From assembly GCA_002269645.1 (NCBI GenBank), contig NIVC01003160.1, forward strand, positions 50,448 to 114,447: a DNA stretch of 64,000 nt, read 5' to 3'. Of this stretch, positions 59,562 through 64,000 are shown one piece after another. The notes beneath the pieces are model-generated. The model was not told where the DNA came from. It saw nothing but the letters and a program-made list of their open reading frames with translations, and made no database searches. The position numbers were made by a program, and so were the translations under genes. The DNA comes from Macrostomum lignano (Eukaryota). Numbering within the stretch: position 1 is the first letter of the stretch; the number at the start of each line of letters is the position of its first letter.

Positions 59562-62500
59562 TCACTCCGCCTTGCTGCGCGACCCAGCAAGGCCACGCTG
59601 TTGCCAAGCCCCAATTACCATAGACAGCAACGGTAACGAGCCAACCAGACAGATTAGGTAAACAATCAAAATCCCCATAGCAACTAATTTGTCGCTAATT
59701 GCCACAGTATCTACAGTCAGATTAACGGCTCCCGTAAGCAGATTAGCCAATAGGAAATAAGCCAGACTACACCGGCCAATCAGAGCTAGCACAGGCGAAC
59801 ACGACCGATCGATGGAGCCGAGGCAGAGCAGCCGGCCGATGGTGAGCATCAACAGCACCTGACAGCAGGCGGCTAGGCAGGTGATCAGGAATCCGGCATT
59901 GAACAGAAGCCGAGAAGGCTCAGTTACGATAGGCGGCAACTTGACAGAGGCCACAGTCAGGGCCCATGGCAGGGCCACGATGGCTAGCAGTAGCAGGGGC
60001 CACGAGATCAGGCGGTTGGCGTCTGGGATGACGAGAGGATTGAATAATTCTATTGTAGCGGTTAACTGTTAGTTTATTTCAGAAACTTGTGCTATAGATC
60101 ACTATAGATCGTATGATATAGACATCCTAATACAAAAATTGATTGTTTATAGACAACATTGATCATAGTCTATAGAAACGCTATAGAGATCCCAGTCTAT
60201 AAACACGTCATATAGATCCTAGAGTATAAAAAACGCCATATATAAATAGATCCCAGTCTAAACACGCGCTATATATAGATAGATCCCAGTCTATAGATAC
60301 ACTACATAGATCCCAGTCTATAGATACACTACATAGATCCACTACATAGATACACTACATAGACGCTATTATTCTGGTGCTTGACTGGGTGCTACGGACT
60401 GCTCTGCCTTCCAACGACGACGGCTTCCTGCTGCGGCGACGCGTGGGTCGACGCCAACCGGAGACACGGCTCAGCGTGCTTGGCTACGCCGATGACCTCG
60501 CCCTGCTGTCCTCGACCGTCGAGGGCGCCAACGACAGCTGGATAGGCTGGTTGCCGTTGCGGCGAGCGTCGGCCTGGTGGTCAACACGCAGAAGACCGTC
60601 GTGCTATGCGTGCCGGACGACACCGAGGTTGCAATCTTCTGCGAGGCGCTGACGGACAGGCGAGTGAGCTTCCAAGATGTCAGCAGTTCGTCTACCTCGG
60701 CGGTCTGGTTCCCGACGTTCGCGAGGATCTGCGGCGTCGCCGAGGACTTGCCTGGGCTGCCTTTCGTTCTATAAGGTCAGTCCTGCAGTCCGAGGCCCTA
60801 CCGGACCGCCAGAGGGCGGCGCTGTTCCAGGCGGTGATCGAAACCGTCCTGTTATACAACGCCGAGACCTGGACGCTGACAGACTCGCTCGAGGCTCAAG
60901 TCGACGCGGCGCACGCTGGCCTGCTGCGCGCCGCCTTCAAGATCGGCAACGAGCGAGTCACCAACATGGCGCTCTACCATCGCGCCGGCCTGGCCCGTCC
61001 TAGCGATCTGCTGCGCCGTTGGCGACTCCAGCTGGCAGGCCACGTCATCCGCGCCGAGGCTACTGTCCGGAGCCGGTGCAGGAGGTGCTGCTACTTACGT
61101 TGCAGGCACCCTACCGGCGGGACAAGCGAGGACACGGCGCTACGTCGACTGTCTGCTGGCTGACGCCGGCGCCCCGGACTCTGCCGGCGGTGCGGCCTTT
61201 GTTTGCGCCCAAGCTTCGAAGCGTGCCATCTGACGTTGCTTTTTACGACCCGGCAGCGTACTCTGTTGTTTTGTTGTATAGATCCCAGTCTATAGATACA
61301 CTACATAGATCCCAGTCTATAGATACACTACATAGATCCCAGTCTATAGATACACTACATAGATCCCAGTCTATAGATACACTACATAGATCCCAGTCTA
61401 TAGATACACTACATAGATCCCAGTCTATAGATACACTACATAGATCCCAGTCTATAGATACACTACATAGATCCCAGTCTATAGACACGCCATATATTGA
61501 TTCCAGTCTATAGAGTATAGATACACTATATAGATCCCAATCTATAGATATACTATATAGATCCGGGTCTTTAGACACGCTATATAGAGCATGGTCTATA
61601 GACACGCTGCGCATAGAGTAAGATCTCAGTCTTACGATGTCGAAAGATCTCAATCTCTAGACACGCTAGAGATACTAGCCTAGCAATGAAACCCGTCGCA
61701 CCTGCAGCAGTCGACTCAGTTCCGACGCGCAATCGTCGACCAATAGCGGCGCCGGCGCAATAGATGGCGCAGTAGGGCGGCAGCGACATCAGGCCCTCCT
61801 TGTTGGCCACCAGCGGCCACAACAGGTGCCGATCGCCGCTAGCCAAAAGAAACTCGGCCCCACCGAACGGCAGCACCAGGAGGCAGTGTCCGGCGGCGAG
61901 AACCAGCGACCAGAGCCCGGCCGGCCGGACAGCGCAGGCCAGACCGCTCGGAGACAGGCCAGGGTGATGAAGAAGTTCCAGTGCACTCCATACTCGGTGA
62001 CGTGCTCCTGCGTGTCGTGGATTGTTTGGTTGGAGGCGGGGTTGTTAGCCTTCATCCACAACAACATCCTCGGAATAAAACGCCTCGAATGTATGTAAAA
62101 TTCCAAACAAGATCATTAGCATAAAAATCCCTAATAGATATACCTGTAGATATCCCCAAGATGAGAATTCCCAATAAGATCCCCAGATGAAAAATCCCCA
62201 AAAATATCCCCCAAGATGAGAAATCCCCAAATATCTTAAGGATGAGAAATCCCCAATAAGAAAAAATCTTCCAAAATATCCCTTAAATGGGAAATCCCCA
62301 AAATTTCCCTAAGATGGAAATTCCCAAAAATATTCGCAAGATTAGAAATCCAAATCTCAAGCAAAAATCCTCGAATAGAAAAATCCCTTTAAAAGATCCA
62401 GGATATTACCTGATAATCCGAAGCCTTCACAGCCAGAGTCCTCGCCAGTCCGAGCAGCGCCAGCGGCAGACAGCGCCAACCAGGGATCGGCGCCATCGCG

Positions 62501-62939
62501 ACATTGAAAACGGAGTCGGCGCCGGCGCCAGCAAGCCGCTGGCGAAGGCAAACGCCGGAGCCCGACGTCCATGAGACCGACGCCGGCGGACTCGGCCTTG
62601 GCCAAGCGGCGGGCATGGCCGGGAAATCCACGGCCAGAATGGCGACGGATGTCTGCAGCAGCAGGAGGCCTGCGGAATGAAGGGTGGGCGGGACTGTCCG
62701 TGTAACCTCTTTTCTTGATGAATCTGTGTGCTGGGCGAAGTGTGCGTCTGTCTGTCCGTCTGTCTATTTGCTTGTCTATCTGTCTGTCTGTCTGTCTGTC
62801 TGTGTCTGTCTGTCTATCTGTCTGCCTGTCTGTCTGTCTGTCCTCTGTCTGTCTGTGTCTGTCTGTCTATCTGTCTGCCTGTCTGTGTCTGTCTGTCTGT
62901 CTGTCTGTCTATCTGTCTGCCTGTCTGTCTGTCTGTCTA

Positions 62940-62970
<31 letters not shown>

Positions 62971-62983
62971 GTCTGCCTGTCTG

Positions 62984-63034
<51 letters not shown>

Positions 63035-63269
63035 GTCTGCCTGTCTGTGTCTGCCTGTCTGTGTCTGCCTGTCTGTTTCTGCCTGTCTGTGTCTGCCTGT
63101 CTGTGTCTGCCTGTCTGTGTCTGCCTGTCTGTGTCTGTCTGTCTGTCTGTCTGTCTGTGTCTGCCTGTCTGTGTCTGCCTGTCTGTGTCTGTCTGTCTGT
63201 CTGTCTGTCTATCTGTCTGCCTGTCTGTCTGTCTGTCTATCTGTCTGCCTGTCTGTGTCTGTCTGTCTT

Positions 63270-63350
<81 letters not shown>

Positions 63351-63353
63351 TTG

Positions 63354-63396
<43 letters not shown>

Positions 63397-63828
63397 GTGT
63401 GTCTGTCTGTCTGTCACGCACCTGGAATTCCTTGAACAGCGGCCTGGGCTGGGGCGGCTCGACAACAAAGTCAAAGTTGTTCCGCTGAGCGAAGGGCAGC
63501 AGCAGCAGCAGGCAGGCGGCAGCGGCGCAGACCAGTTCGGTCACGTGATCGGCCAGGACTGTCAGCTGCAGCACGCCGAGCAGCAGAGAAGACCGCTTCA
63601 AGCCAGCCAATCAGACGCAACAGACGACTGTTGCCATGGCAACAGCATCGCAGCTGAGCCGGTCAGCGCCAGCCAGCAGACAGGGCAGGGTGAGATGCAG
63701 CCAGATTTCCACCAGACTGCATCCGCCTGACCCGAGACGAACGCTTCGTGCGCGGCTTTTCGAGTCGCCTTGTCGCCATGGTTACTAGGGCTACTACTAA
63801 TATTAGTTAACGTTGCCATGGAGACCAT
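59562..63828 (-). CDS. PIGW: GPI inositol acyltransferase PIGW/GWT1; exons about 63828-63422, 62669-62410, 62007-61700 and 60065-59562, with several single-base frameshifts as assembled
   Basis: HEAFVSG / GGCSLVEI, AILAVDFP, RRLAKAESAGVGLMDVG, YQEHVTEYGVHWNFF, ANKEGLMS, PSRLLFNAGF and YFLLANLLTGAVNLTVDT match PIGW/Gwt1 motifs in the expected order. Confidence 0.9.
60100..60365 (+). repeat. 27-bp minisatellite (ATAGATCCCAGTCTATAGATACACTAC), left degenerate portion
   Basis: Direct reading; the same unit resumes at 61278. Confidence 0.85.
60372..61277 (+). mobile_element. 5'-truncated RTE-clade LINE (RT domains 5-7 plus 3' end) in PIGW intron 3, antisense to the gene
   Basis: LSVLGYADDLALLSSTVEG, FVYLGGLVPDV, VLLYNAETWTL, WRLQLAGHVIRAE; TTG-rich tail; only single-base indels. 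Confidence 0.92.
61278..61600 (+). repeat. 27-bp minisatellite, right portion (about 8 perfect units, then degenerate)
   Basis: Direct reading. Confidence 0.93.
62130..62400 (+). repeat. Degenerate CCCCAAGATGAGAAAT-type repeat, PIGW intron 2
   Basis: Direct reading. Confidence 0.7.
62745..63417 (+). repeat. (CTGT)n-based microsatellite, PIGW intron 1
   Basis: Direct reading. Confidence 0.97.
63630..63825. promoter_or_regulatory. Cluster of three X-box-like motifs (63630-63643 perfect; 63772-63785; 63812-63825) overlapping PIGW exon 1
   Basis: GTTGCCATGGCAAC, GTCGCCATGGTTAC and GTTGCCATGGAGAC; a CCAAT box (AGCCAATCAG) lies near 63604. Confidence 0.45.
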
Positions 63829-64000
63829 AAATTCGAACGTATTAATCAACAGTAGCTGGAGAACAGGCAGTAGAGATAGCGGAACCAGACCAGCTGGCTG
63901 AGGTGGTGCCGCATGCAGCGCAGCGGCGTCAGGAGGCGGCTGGGAAGCGTGACGAAGAGGGCCGTCGCCGCGCAGGGGTCCGAATGCGACAGAGAATGCT

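Noticed and set aside
6834-63730. Dozens of long low-complexity ORFs in the track (e.g. MRVTVVQSKSH, RVCREWREISNL, SQDSISI, LSVCLSVC, HHCTFTSFTIALS, REEKR)
   Set aside because: They are translations of tandem repeats, mostly intronic or intergenic, and lack unique coding flanks, signal or splice context. Only the 51.4-55 kb array had such support.

Overview
Eukaryotic (animal) genomic DNA with spliceosomal GT-AG introns. It is most likely a flatworm such as Macrostomum lignano; this is inferred from GC-rich exons and introns/spacers packed with many unrelated 12-36 bp minisatellites. Roughly half the window is tandem repeat, and most ORFs in the supplied track are repeat artefacts. Genes that could be reconstructed: a 2-exon peroxiredoxin-like gene whose peroxidatic Cys position is Asp and which carries an RVxF motif (+, 7941-12863); a 3-exon C2H2 zinc-finger/polyQ gene (+, 14293-16166); SPAG6/PF16 (-, 6 exons, 508 aa); a MARCH-like RINGv two-TM E3 ligase with a C8 ligand set (+, 45931-47448); a ~1190-aa signal-peptide-bearing Arg-rich repeat protein (-, 51405-54968); and PIGW/GWT1 (-, 59562-63828, with several single-base frameshifts). 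Mobile DNA: five RTE-clade LINE fragments, a Penelope-like 3' end with a minimal hammerhead ribozyme, a decayed P-element/THAP9-like transposase with nested insertions, hAT-Charlie-like MITEs that host repeat expansions, several hairpins, RFX X-boxes and an over-represented CCATAGAC motif. All homology calls are by eye from recalled family motifs; no searches were run.
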